Positions 1 to 9,268 of a DNA stretch of 64,000 bases are shown piece by piece. The notes below the pieces were generated by a model, which was given only the letters and a program-made list of their open reading frames with translations, made no database searches and was not told where the DNA came from. Numbering within the stretch: position 1 is the first letter of the stretch; the number at the start of each line of letters is the position of its first letter. Made by a program: the position numbers and the translations under genes. The DNA comes from Rhodospirillaceae bacterium (GTDB lineage Bacteria > Pseudomonadota > Alphaproteobacteria > UBA6615), in assembly GCA_018702955.1 (NCBI GenBank), contig JABJEK010000038.1, forward strand, positions 128,002 to 192,001, given 5' to 3'.

Positions 1-166
1 TCTCGCCATGCGCCACGGGAGAGCGCAGGAACACGGCATAGGCCTGTCCGTCGAGGTTTCGGTCGTCGGTGTAGACACCATCGCCACGCAGCAGGCGCGG
101 ATCTTCGGTACGGGTAACGGGCTGGCTGACGGCGTATGGGCCGGTGCCGAAAATCGTATCTTCCAC
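1..166 (-). CDS. xanthine dehydrogenase / CoxL-family molybdopterin-binding subunit, N-terminal 55 codons only (gene continues off the left edge)
   Basis: Reverse strand translates as V(GTG)EDTIFGTGPYAVSQPVTRTEDPRLLRGDGVYTDDRNLDGQAYAVFLRSPVAHGE. This is the typical N-terminus of Mo-hydroxylase large subunits, compare 47226..49541. Not in the ORF track because it is truncated by the window. Confidence 0.45.
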   Translation of the reverse strand, partial: MEDTIFGTGPYAVSQPVTRTEDPRLLRGDGVYTDDRNLDGQAYAVFLRSPVAHGE

Positions 167-311
167 GGGACGTGTTTCCCCTCACAAAATGACGTGTACG
201 CGCTTCCAACTGGCGCGCGATATTAACGGCCCGGAACACCGGCGTCCTGCGCAAACACCGGGCTACAGACCGTTATTTAATGCACGGCGTGACCACAAAG
301 TGCGGAGGTGC

Positions 312-1364
312 CTACTCGGCCGCCTTCACTGTATCGTCGTCGCGATCGGCAAAGTGCGGCATCACCTCTTCGGCGAACTGCTCAAGCGCGTCGAAGTTGC
401 CGCTCAGATCGTGCAGCGCCACGTCGCGCACCCCGATCTCGTAAAGCCGCTCGATACGTTCGATCATTTCCTCGGAATTGCCGATGATCGCACCAGCCTC
501 GGAGGTCTCGGTCGGATCGCCCCGGTTCTTGTGACGTGCGGCCGGAACGAAGGTCTTCGACTGGAAACGAGGATCCGTGGCAAGCACCTGCACTTCGGTC
601 AGGAACTTGCCGCGCAAGACATGAGCCTCCGCCCGCTCGGCATCATTGTTCGCGACCATCATGCCGCGGGTGACGGCAATCCGGTAGGGATCGAACGGTT
701 CACCCATCTGGTCGAGCTCGTCGCGGTAGAAATTCACGCTCTCGGCAATCGCCTCGAACGAAGGGACCTGGGCGAGCAGCAGGTTGTACCCGTTGCGCGC
801 CGCGCCCCGGATGGAGCCCTCGCTGGCAGCACCCACCCACATGGGCGGGTGGGGTTTCTGGACCACCGGCGGCTCGACGATAATGTCGTTGAATGTGTAG
901 CGGTCGGATTTATACGACCAGCGCTCTGTCTCGGTGAATGCGCGGCGGATGAAGTTGATCGATTCCTCGAAGATTTCCTGGCCATCGTCCATCTCGAGGC
1001 CGAACCCGTGATACTCGTTCGCCCGGTAGCCGCGCCCAACACCGAAGTCGTAGCGCCCGCGCGACAGTTGATCGATGGTCGCGACTTGCTCGGCGAGGAG
1101 CACCGGATTGTGCCAGGGCACCACCACGACCGCGCTTCCGAGGCGAATTTTCGAGGTAATGCCGGCGAGATAGGAGATGTAGTTGAGTGTCGCGGAGAGC
1201 TGCGAAAAGCCGGTGAAATGATGCTCCACCAGCCACGCGCTGCTGTATCCAAGCCGCTCGGCAGCCTGAATATATTCGCCATACTCGTGATAACCGAGGG
1301 CCGCCTCGGTAATCACTTCACCCGGCACCGCCTGCGCACCGCCAAACAAACCAAACTTCATCAT
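312..1364 (-). CDS. LLM-class flavin-dependent oxidoreductase (luciferase-like monooxygenase), tandem copy 1
   Basis: 350 aa. MMKFGLFGG...LGYSSAWLVEHHF...VVVPWHNPVLLAEQVATIDQLSRGRYDFGVGRGY is the typical LLM TIM-barrel signature. TAG stop. Confidence 0.85.
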   Translation of the reverse strand: MMKFGLFGGAQAVPGEVITEAALGYHEYGEYIQAAERLGYSSAWLVEHHFTGFSQLSATLNYISYLAGITSKIRLGSAVVVVPWHNPVLLAEQVATIDQLSRGRYDFGVGRGYRANEYHGFGLEMDDGQEIFEESINFIRRAFTETERWSYKSDRYTFNDIIVEPPVVQKPHPPMWVGAASEGSIRGAARNGYNLLLAQVPSFEAIAESVNFYRDELDQMGEPFDPYRIAVTRGMMVANNDAERAEAHVLRGKFLTEVQVLATDPRFQSKTFVPAARHKNRGDPTETSEAGAIIGNSEEMIERIERLYEIGVRDVALHDLSGNFDALEQFAEEVMPHFADRDDDTVKAAE

Positions 1365-1396
1365 ACCCCTCCGCAGCCCGCCGGTTCGGCAGGCTT

Positions 1397-2449
1397 CTAT
1401 TCCGCTGCCGCGACCACCGGGTCGTTCTTGTCGACGAAGTGCGGCATCACCTCTTCGGCGAACTGATGCAAACCCTCGAAATTGCCACTGAGATCGTGCA
1501 ACAGGATATTCCGCACCCCGAGATCGTAAAGCTTCTGAACGCGCTCGCCCATTTCATCCGAATTGCCGAGCACCGCGCCATTCTCGGACACCGAATCCGT
1601 ACCGGTGGTTTCGGCGTCGTTATCGTCGACAGGATTGAACGCCTTTGCCTGATACCTTTTGTCCGTGGACAGGACCTGAACTTCGCTGATGAACTTGCCG
1701 CGCAGGATATGCGCTTCTTTACGTTCATTGTCGTTGTTGGCGACCATAAACCCGCGCGTGACGCCGATACGGTAGGGATCGAAATCCTTACCCATTTTCT
1801 CCAGCTCGTCGCGATACTGCTGGACCCGGTCTCCAATGCCCTCAAACGGAGTCATCTGGTCGAGCAGAAGATTGAACCCGTTGCGCGCGGCCGCGCGAAT
1901 GGAATTCTCACTGCCGGCACCGACCCACATGGGCGGATGCGGCAGTTGCACCACCGGCGGTTCGACGATGATGTCATTGAACGTGTAGCGGTCAGATTTG
2001 TATGACCAGCGGTCGGTTTCGGTGAACGCGCGCCGCATAAACGCAATCGATTCCTGGAAGATGTCCTCGGCATCGGCCATGTCTATTCCGAAGCCGTTGA
2101 ACTCGTTGGCGCGATAGCCGCGGCCGATGCCGAAATCATAGCGCCCCTTGGACAGCTGATCGATCGTCGCAACCTGTTCGGCAAGCAGGACCGGGTTGTG
2201 CCAGGGCACCACAACGACCGCACTTCCAAGTCTTATTTTTGATGTAATTCCAGATAGATAGGAGATGTAGTTGAGAGTTGCGGAGAGCTGAGAAAAGCCG
2301 GTGAAATGATGTTCAACCATCCAGGCACTCTCATACCCGAGCTTCTCGGCCGTCTGGATATATTCCCCATACTCGTGATAGCCGAGCGCGGCTTCCGTCA
2401 CGACCTCACCGGGTACGGCTTGCGCGCCGCCAAACAGTCCAAATTTCAT
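1397..2449 (-). CDS. LLM-class flavin-dependent oxidoreductase, tandem copy 2 (about 80% identical to copy 1)
   Basis: 350 aa, colinear with 312..1364 along the full length. Separated from it by a 32-bp spacer. Confidence 0.85.
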   Translation of the reverse strand: MKFGLFGGAQAVPGEVVTEAALGYHEYGEYIQTAEKLGYESAWMVEHHFTGFSQLSATLNYISYLSGITSKIRLGSAVVVVPWHNPVLLAEQVATIDQLSKGRYDFGIGRGYRANEFNGFGIDMADAEDIFQESIAFMRRAFTETDRWSYKSDRYTFNDIIVEPPVVQLPHPPMWVGAGSENSIRAAARNGFNLLLDQMTPFEGIGDRVQQYRDELEKMGKDFDPYRIGVTRGFMVANNDNERKEAHILRGKFISEVQVLSTDKRYQAKAFNPVDDNDAETTGTDSVSENGAVLGNSDEMGERVQKLYDLGVRNILLHDLSGNFEGLHQFAEEVMPHFVDKNDPVVAAAE

Positions 2450-2569
2450 TGCAATCTCTCTGGGTCGTTCATCGACCGAAACCTAACGCAATAGAGCCTC
2501 TATAAGAAACTTTTGGGACCATCATCAACCCTGGCGATCACTGGATGAGACGTGAAAAGGTCAGCCGCG

Positions 2570-3421
2570 TCATCGCCGCACAAAGCCGAAACTCAGCCCC
2601 CTGACCAGATGTTTACGGATCAGCAAACCGATGACAATGAGCGGCAGTGTCGACCCGACAGATAATGCCGCCTGAAACCCGTTTGCACCGCCATTCCCCG
2701 CCCAGCGATTGAGGTGCACCGGCAGGGTCGAAACGTCTGTCTTGGACAGGATCAGGGCAAAGAAATACTCGCTCCAGTTCAAGATGAAGAGAAAGAGGAA
2801 CGTCGCGGCAAGGCCTGGGCGCAGCAGTGGAAGAACGATCTCCCAGATGATTCGCCACCGACCGGCACCGAGCATTTCGGCCGCATACTCGTATTCGCGC
2901 GGCACTTCATCGACGAAACTCTTCATGACCAGCATCGCGTAAGGCACGGTGATCAGCGTGTAGAGCATGATCAGGCCGATGAGCGTGTCCTCCAGCCCCA
3001 ACGCCGAAAACCACAGAAACACCGGCGCTGCCACGACGAATGGCGGGATCATGCGCAGCATCAGGAAATACAGCAGCTGGGAATCGGTCAGGATTCTGTA
3101 TCGCGACGCGCCATAGGCGACCACGGCACCGAAAACGGTCGCCACCGTGGATGATATCAACGCGATGATGAAGGTGTTGATCAGCGCTCCCCACGGCCCG
3201 ATCACCTCGGTCCCGTCACTGGGAATGCCTATTCCGGTCGCGAAATCGTTCACCCAGACCTGGATGTAGTTAAAGAGCGTCGGTTCAGACGGCCACCAGA
3301 CCGCAGGCCACGCATTCCAGTCCTGCGGCGGCTTGAATGAAGTCGCCACGATCCAGAACAGCGGAAACACGACAATCACCAGCCATGTCAGCAGCAGGCC
3401 ATGGCGCAGCGCAGGGTGCAT
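2570..3421 (-). CDS. carbohydrate-type ABC transporter permease (MalG/UgpE-like), no partner permease, ATPase or binding protein adjacent
   Basis: Internal ATG at 3419-3421 gives MHPALRHGLLLTWLVIVVFPLFW. EAA-loop region AAEMLGAGRWRIIWEIVLPLLRPG. Six predicted TM segments. Confidence 0.8.
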   Translation of the reverse strand: MHPALRHGLLLTWLVIVVFPLFWIVATSFKPPQDWNAWPAVWWPSEPTLFNYIQVWVNDFATGIGIPSDGTEVIGPWGALINTFIIALISSTVATVFGAVVAYGASRYRILTDSQLLYFLMLRMIPPFVVAAPVFLWFSALGLEDTLIGLIMLYTLITVPYAMLVMKSFVDEVPREYEYAAEMLGAGRWRIIWEIVLPLLRPGLAATFLFLFILNWSEYFFALILSKTDVSTLPVHLNRWAGNGGANGFQAALSVGSTLPLIVIGLLIRKHLVRGLSFGFVRR

Positions 3422-3460
3422 CCCGCGTCGTCGTTTAAAGAACGGCAAGGTTCGCGCGGA

Positions 3461-4690
3461 TCAGGGGTTCAGGCCGTCGTACCGCAGCACATAAATCCCG
3501 TGATTCTTGTCGGACACGAAGATATTGCCGCGTGCATCGACAATCACATCCTCGCTTTGGGCGACGAGCTTCGAGGCCGGCAGCAAACCGCGGCGCTCGA
3601 GCGGATCGGGCGGCAGGAAATAACCGACTTCGCGCGGCTGCTCGGCATTCGAGATGTCGTAGACCCGCAAGCCCGCATTGAAATAGGTCAGGAAGCACAG
3701 GTCCTCGCCCTGATAGAGGATGTCCTGATACTGGGGCTGATGCTGGTTGTGTGGCCCGAACCGGCCACCGCGCGCGCAGAAGGTCGGGTAAGGTGCCTCG
3801 GGTGGCGGCACCGGCAGCGGAAACAACGACATCAGGCGCGGATTCGCGTTGTCACTGACATCGACGATGCCGGCATAGCCCAGCGGTTCCTCGCAATTCT
3901 CCTTGATCGCTTCTGAATTGACGATCACCACCTCACGCTCCTGCAAGGGAACGGCGGTGTGCACGGCGATGAAAGTCTGGAAAGGTGGCGAGAAAGGTAA
4001 ATCGCCCACCAGGGTCGGATTGGTCTTGTCGGAAATATCGAGGACGACAAATCCGCCGGCGCTGTAGGGCAGATAAGCCAGGTCGCCTTTCACATAGGCG
4101 CCGCCATGCAGCATCGTGCCGGGGGCCGCACCAGCTTCCCCGCCGCCGACATGCTGGCCTTCCATCCACCAGCGCCCGACTTCGACCGGGTTGCGCGGGT
4201 CGTCTATATCGACAATCTGGAGGATGTTACCTTCATATCCTTCGGGCAGGCCTGTCGCGTAAACGTAGCGGCCACCGTCATAGTAGTTCCGATGGGTCCC
4301 GTAGCCGCCGGTCTTCCAGTGGCTTAGCTGCTCCGGGTTTTCCGGATCGGTCAAATCCCACAGCAGGAACCCCTCACCCCAGGGCTGACCATCGATATGG
4401 CCCCAGCCGTCCATGATTTTTTCCTGGGACGTGATGAGCATGTTGTCGGCAACCTGCACCTGCAATGTCCAGGTGTTCGGTGGGCCCTCGATGTAACGCA
4501 CGAAGCGCGGGTTGGCAGGGTCGGTAACCTCGATGATCGAGAAGCCGGAGCACCAGAACTGGCCCGCATAGAGGAACCAGCGATCGCCGGACTTATGCAA
4601 CGCCAGCTTGAAAGCCGGACGGCCGTCGACATCGTCATATCCGATGACGTCGATGTTTGAAGTGTAAGTGTCACCTGGTGGAAAATTCAT
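3461..4690 (-). CDS. LVIVD-repeat beta-propeller protein, function unknown
   Basis: 409 aa with recurring [LIV]x[IV][IV]D[ILV][ST][DN]xxNP units (EVTDPANP, DLTDPENP, DIDDPRNP, DISDKTNP, DVSDNANP, DISNAEQP). No signal peptide. Confidence 0.7.
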   Translation of the reverse strand: MNFPPGDTYTSNIDVIGYDDVDGRPAFKLALHKSGDRWFLYAGQFWCSGFSIIEVTDPANPRFVRYIEGPPNTWTLQVQVADNMLITSQEKIMDGWGHIDGQPWGEGFLLWDLTDPENPEQLSHWKTGGYGTHRNYYDGGRYVYATGLPEGYEGNILQIVDIDDPRNPVEVGRWWMEGQHVGGGEAGAAPGTMLHGGAYVKGDLAYLPYSAGGFVVLDISDKTNPTLVGDLPFSPPFQTFIAVHTAVPLQEREVVIVNSEAIKENCEEPLGYAGIVDVSDNANPRLMSLFPLPVPPPEAPYPTFCARGGRFGPHNQHQPQYQDILYQGEDLCFLTYFNAGLRVYDISNAEQPREVGYFLPPDPLERRGLLPASKLVAQSEDVIVDARGNIFVSDKNHGIYVLRYDGLNP

Positions 4691-4788
4691 CCTGCCCCCT
4701 TCATCACGCCTGTTTCGGCGTTGTCATTGTTCGGTTGCGAAGCTTAGGGACTTTGGCAATTCACTGTAAAGCCGGTTGACCCGCTCAG

Positions 4789-5211
4789 TCAGGCGCCTGG
4801 TTCACCATGCAGCCCGGCAATTGCGCACAACAGGGCTAGCTGCAGATCACGCAGGCTGCCTCCCAACCGCACGCTGCCGCGCACATCGAGGCCAAGCGTT
4901 TTCACTTTTGTCCTGAGCGCCCTGTCGCGGCTGATGTCCACATCGCCGGCCACGAGAAGCGGTATCCGTGGCCCCACGACGGACATGACAGCGATCACCC
5001 GGAGAGCCAGTAAATCCCCCGGGCGCAGTACGGCCAGCACCGCCGTGGGTCCGAATGTCCGGCATGCATCATGCAAGGCCTTGGGATGGGACACGGTCTG
5101 GATGGGAAGACGTATGTCATCCGCAGCGTCGATCGCACGCATGCACGAGACGGGCTGCTCGTCAAAGTAGAGCAACCGCGCGTCAGGCTGCCCGGAATTT
5201 CGATCTGACAT
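4789..5211 (-). CDS. hypothetical protein, possibly a degenerate receiver-like (pseudo-REC) domain
   Basis: ATG at 5209-5211 (MSDRNSGQPDARLLYFDEQ...). LLYFDEQ, AVLAVLRPGD and PLLVAGDV loosely recall the beta1, beta3 and beta4 strands of REC domains, but the phospho-Asp position is not conserved. Confidence 0.35.
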   Translation of the reverse strand: MSDRNSGQPDARLLYFDEQPVSCMRAIDAADDIRLPIQTVSHPKALHDACRTFGPTAVLAVLRPGDLLALRVIAVMSVVGPRIPLLVAGDVDISRDRALRTKVKTLGLDVRGSVRLGGSLRDLQLALLCAIAGLHGEPGA

Positions 5212-5361
5212 TTGGGCCTCACGACAATCCGAAAGCAATCATCTGGAGAGAATCAATATATGTGATTCTATTTTAACGTGTATATTGAATCGCCCGTCAA
5301 CTCTCCGAAAATGGCGGCACGGGTGTGCCGCACGGCCAGACCGTCTATAACCCTCCACGGC
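5212..5361. promoter_or_regulatory. AT-rich intergenic promoter/operator region upstream of the GntR regulator
   Basis: Local GC drops sharply. Sequence tgtgattctattttaacgtgtatattgaatcg lies directly upstream of the GntR start at 5362. Confidence 0.3.
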
Positions 5362-6111
5362 ATGAGTGATCTCAATTCCATCGACGGGCGACCGCTTTAT
5401 CAGGTCATTGCGGACGAACTGCGTTCGCGGATCGTCCGCGGCGAGTATCCGCTCGGCACGATGCTCCCCACGGAAAAAGAGCTGCTCACGCACCATGGCG
5501 TCAGTCGCTACACGGTGCGCGCCGCGCTGCAGCAGCTGCGTGAACAGGGTTTCGTATCGATGCGCCGCGGTTCGGGTACACGCGTCGTGTCAACGTCGCC
5601 CGGCTCGACGTATGTACAGTCCGTCACGGCGCTCTCGGAATTGCTGCAATATCCGGATACGAGCTTCGAGCTCGTGGATGCGGGCACGATTACACTCGCC
5701 CACGCACAGGCCACGCGACTCTCGCTGACAGCCGGCAGCACCTGGTTTCGTATTGCCGGTCTCCGCCGCTCGGAATTGAACGACACACCGATCTGCTGGC
5801 AGGAGATTTACGTTTTGCCGGAATTCGAAAACACCGCGAGGCGCGTGCTGACCGAGCACGGGCCCGTGCACCAGACCATCGAGAGTGCGCATAGCGAAGT
5901 GATTGCGAACGCACAGCTCGAAATGTTCGCCAGCCGTATCGACCCGCACCTTGCTGTACGTCTTGAAGTTAAACCTGGCACGGCGGCCATGACGATCAAT
6001 CGCCGATACAAGAGCCAGGACGGGCGCGTGTTCGAGACGACCGTCAGCATCCACCCGGAAGACCGGTTCGTTTATTCGCTGGAACTTTCGCGGGACTGGA
6101 ACACCAGCTAG
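5362..6111 (+). CDS. GntR-family transcriptional regulator, HutC/UTRA subfamily
   Basis: MSDLNSIDGRPLYQVIADELRSRIVRGEYPLGTMLPTEKELLTHHGVSRYTVRAALQQL is a winged-HTH GntR N-domain. The C-terminal ~150 aa look like a UTRA effector domain. Confidence 0.85.
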   Translation: MSDLNSIDGRPLYQVIADELRSRIVRGEYPLGTMLPTEKELLTHHGVSRYTVRAALQQLREQGFVSMRRGSGTRVVSTSPGSTYVQSVTALSELLQYPDTSFELVDAGTITLAHAQATRLSLTAGSTWFRIAGLRRSELNDTPICWQEIYVLPEFENTARRVLTEHGPVHQTIESAHSEVIANAQLEMFASRIDPHLAVRLEVKPGTAAMTINRRYKSQDGRVFETTVSIHPEDRFVYSLELSRDWNTS

Positions 6112-6120
6112 GCAGCGCGC

Positions 6121-7215
6121 CTAGCGGGCAAACTCGGCCAGCGCGTCTTCATCGACATCGATACCCAGCCCAGCCCCGGCAGGAACTTTCGCCCTGCCGT
6201 CGATAACCTGCACCGGGTTGCGCGCAATATCCGTCTTCAGGAACTGGCACGTGCAGCTCGTGCCCCACTCAATCGACGGTGCTGCCGCGCCGAGCTGCAG
6301 CACGGCTGAACTCGAGACGCTGGATTCAGCGATCTTGCCGGCAATATTGACGTGCATTCCCAACTCGTCGAACAACTTCGTTGCCTGATGGGCGCGCGTG
6401 ACACCGCCAAGCTTGATCATCTTGACGCTGCCGCCCTGGGCCGCCCCCATCGCATGATGCTTACGCACATCATCGAAACTATGCAGACCTTCGTCGGCAC
6501 CAATCGGGCACGCCGATGCCGCCGCGATCTCGGCCATGAGTTCCACATCATGTCCCATCACCGGCTGTTCCAGGAAGTCGAGCGCTTCGCTTGCGCCAGC
6601 AGCGAACTCGAGGGCCTCCTCGCGGGTCCAGCCCTGGTTGCAATCTGCCGAAAGCTGTACGCCGCCATTCACGGCCTTGCGGATCGCCAGGGTACGCTCG
6701 ATATCCTGCGCAACCGGCTTGCCACCGACCTTGATCTTCATGTGGCTCACACCCGCAGCGGCGCGCTCGCCGGCCTCGGACACGTCCACATCGATATTCC
6801 CCGTTGCCAGCATGGACAGAACCGGCACCTCGGTGCGGTAAACAGTGCCCAGAAGCTCGGCCACGGTTTTCTGTTGCGCCTTGCCGGCCAGGTCGTAACA
6901 GGCCATCTCAATCACTGTTTTCGCACTGGCATTGCCGTACATGCGCCAGTCCATCTCGGCCAAATTCTCTTCAAACGCCGAAGGGTCACGCCCTTCGATG
7001 AACGGCGCCAGAAAATTGACGGCGGCGACAATGCTTTCGACGGTTTCACCGGTCATCGACGGTGACGAAGACGCCTCACCCCAGCCGACAAGCCCGTCAT
7101 CGGTCTCGATGCGGGCGAATACATTCTCCGAAACGGAAATTTCGACACCCGACATCTTGAACGGCCGGACGAGCGGCAGGTCTGCGGCGATGGCTTCGAT
7201 TTTGGTGATCTTCAT
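6121..7215 (-). CDS. enolase-superfamily enzyme (mandelate racemase / muconate lactonizing enzyme family)
   Basis: 364 aa. MKITKIEAIAADLPLVRPFKMSGVEI...KIKVGG...DCNQGW...IEQP. ATG at 7213-7215. Confidence 0.85.
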   Translation of the reverse strand: MKITKIEAIAADLPLVRPFKMSGVEISVSENVFARIETDDGLVGWGEASSSPSMTGETVESIVAAVNFLAPFIEGRDPSAFEENLAEMDWRMYGNASAKTVIEMACYDLAGKAQQKTVAELLGTVYRTEVPVLSMLATGNIDVDVSEAGERAAAGVSHMKIKVGGKPVAQDIERTLAIRKAVNGGVQLSADCNQGWTREEALEFAAGASEALDFLEQPVMGHDVELMAEIAAASACPIGADEGLHSFDDVRKHHAMGAAQGGSVKMIKLGGVTRAHQATKLFDELGMHVNIAGKIAESSVSSSAVLQLGAAAPSIEWGTSCTCQFLKTDIARNPVQVIDGRAKVPAGAGLGIDVDEDALAEFAR

Positions 7216-7256
7216 CTTGTATCTCCGTTCCGTTCTTCATCCGGTCTTCGTCGGGC

Positions 7257-8186
7257 CTAGCGACCGCGTTTCAGCTCGCGCGTCTTCGGTTTCGTGCCCG
7301 GCGCGTATTCCGAAACCTCATCATCAAGGAATTTCGAGAGTTTGCGCAAGCGTTCTGACGATTGCTTGCGAACGAGATCCACGTCGCAACCGTCCCAATC
7401 ATAGAATCCCTTGCCGGCCGACAGCCCCACTTCGCCACGTGCAACCATGTCCTGGATCAGCGGGTTGGGCGTATCCACCGGGTGCAGTTCCGGCACGATC
7501 GAGCTCTGCGCCAATGCATGAATCTCCAGGCCGGACGTGTCTTTCTGCTCGATCAAACCATTCAGGCACATGCGCGGCGCCAGCATCTTGCGCGCCGCCA
7601 TATCGATATCTTCCGGGGTCGCGACGCCTTCCTCGACGAGGTAGTAGGCCTCGTGGAGAATGATGTGCTGCAGGCGGTTGATCAGGAAGCCGACGATCGG
7701 CTTGTATAGGGTCACGATCTCCTTGCCCGTGCGGCGGACGGCATCGGCGACAGCATCCACAACTTCTTCGGGCGCTCCGGGTCCGGCCATCACCTCGGCG
7801 ACGGCCGTCGTGTCCGCCGGCATGAAATAGTGAACGCCGGTGAAAAGTTCCGGTTTCGCGAGTGGTTCGGCCAGCGTCTCCAGCGACATGCCCGATGTAC
7901 CGGTCGCGATGATGACGTCGTCATTCGGCCAGGCGGCCTCAATTCCCGCAAATACCTGCTGCTTGATCGTCACATCCTCGGGGACAAACTCAATGACCAG
8001 ATCCGGCGCATCGGCTGGAAAATCTACGGTCGCGGTCACACCCGGCGGCAAATCATCAAGTTCTGCCGCGCGGCTGCTCTTGATCATGGTGTCGAAGCCG
8101 GCGGCCGCGAAGGTCGCCGAAACCCCTTTTCCCATCACGCCATAGCCGACGATCAGTACCGATTGGATAGGTGCCTTGTCGTTCAT
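7257..8186 (-). CDS. 3-hydroxyacyl-CoA dehydrogenase family, NAD-binding
   Basis: ATG at 8184-8186 (MNDKAPIQSVLIVGYGVMGKGVSATFAAAG is a Rossmann motif), followed by the C-terminal 3HCDH domain. Confidence 0.8.
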   Translation of the reverse strand: MNDKAPIQSVLIVGYGVMGKGVSATFAAAGFDTMIKSSRAAELDDLPPGVTATVDFPADAPDLVIEFVPEDVTIKQQVFAGIEAAWPNDDVIIATGTSGMSLETLAEPLAKPELFTGVHYFMPADTTAVAEVMAGPGAPEEVVDAVADAVRRTGKEIVTLYKPIVGFLINRLQHIILHEAYYLVEEGVATPEDIDMAARKMLAPRMCLNGLIEQKDTSGLEIHALAQSSIVPELHPVDTPNPLIQDMVARGEVGLSAGKGFYDWDGCDVDLVRKQSSERLRKLSKFLDDEVSEYAPGTKPKTRELKRGR

Positions 8187-8385
8187 AGTTTTCCGTTTCG
8201 CAGTGATGTTCCCACTCGACAAACCCGCCGGTTCGCATGTGCGACCGTTGTGATTGTCGATATTCGCGCGACTGTATATATGTCCGGACAAACCGGCCAG
8301 TACTGCAACTGTGGACGCTTCATGCGTTGCGCGTGCGGTGCAGACCGATTAGGGAAACGAGAACGGATATTGAGGGGAGCCAACC

Positions 8386-9261
8386 ATGTCCAATATGCCC
8401 ACTTCGGATGACTTCGAAGACATCCTCTTCGAGGTCAAAGACAATGTCGCCTGGGTCACGATCAACCGACCCAAGTCACGCAACGCCTTTCGCGAACACA
8501 CGCTGGACGAACTGGTCCATGCGCTGAAATCGACCCGTAACGACGCCTCGATTGCCTGCGCCGTTGTCACAGGTGCGGGCGATCAATCCTTTTCGGCCGG
8601 TGGCGATTTCGGCGCCATGATGAAGCTGAACTGGACCAACGCCTATCACTGGAACGACCGGATGCTCGCCACCGCGATGACGATCCGCGGCCTGCCGATC
8701 CCGGTTATCGCCATGGTCAACGGCTGGTGCATGGGCGGCGGCCACGAGTTGGCACTGTGGTGCGACATGGTTATCGCGTCCGACCGCGCCCATTTCGGGC
8801 AATCGGGTGCGAAAGTTGGCGCCTGCCCGACCGTGGGTGCTACCCAGTACATCCCGCGCATCATCGGCGAGCGTCTGGCCCGCGAGATGATCTTCCTCGC
8901 CCGCACCTTCACCGCCGACGAAGCCGTCGATATCGGCCTGATCAACAAGGTCGTGCCGCATGACGAACTGCGCGCCGAGACCGAAAAATGGTGCGAGACC
9001 ATCAAGAGCCATAGCGGCCAGACGCTTCGCATGACGAAGAAGTCGCTCAATCATGAGTCCGACGAGCTGTACGCCTCGTGGCAGCACGGCATGGAGCTGC
9101 TGGCCCATGTCTGGGGCAGCGAAGAATCGATCGAGGGCATGCAGGCCTTCCTCGACAAGCGCAAGCCCGACTTCATGAAGTTCCGCATGAAGAACAAGGA
9201 GATCGTCGACCAGTATCTCGACGACCTGAACAACAACCGCAACCAGCTCAAGTCTGGCTGA
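8386..9261 (+). CDS. enoyl-CoA hydratase/isomerase (crotonase) family protein
   Basis: 291 aa. VAWVTINRPKSRNAF...GAGDQSFSAGGDFGAMM...MVNGWCMGGGHELALWCD. GAGGGGAG SD upstream. Confidence 0.85.
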   Translation: MSNMPTSDDFEDILFEVKDNVAWVTINRPKSRNAFREHTLDELVHALKSTRNDASIACAVVTGAGDQSFSAGGDFGAMMKLNWTNAYHWNDRMLATAMTIRGLPIPVIAMVNGWCMGGGHELALWCDMVIASDRAHFGQSGAKVGACPTVGATQYIPRIIGERLAREMIFLARTFTADEAVDIGLINKVVPHDELRAETEKWCETIKSHSGQTLRMTKKSLNHESDELYASWQHGMELLAHVWGSEESIEGMQAFLDKRKPDFMKFRMKNKEIVDQYLDDLNNNRNQLKSG

Positions 9262-9268
9262 GGCTGAT

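Noticed and set aside
144-1466. Long plus-strand ORF (440 aa) antisense to the first LLM gene, and similar long antisense ORFs (1439..2005, 8476..9387, 10468..11361, 11334..11951, 13043..14383, 14578..15756, 28550..30418, 31641..33539, 33235..34698, 43488..44648, 46019..46768, 46599..48455, 55582..57066, 6352..7065 and others)
   Set aside because: High GC suppresses stop codons on the antisense strand. These ORFs have low-complexity Arg/Ala/Pro-rich translations with no recognisable domains and fully overlap strongly supported genes on the other strand.
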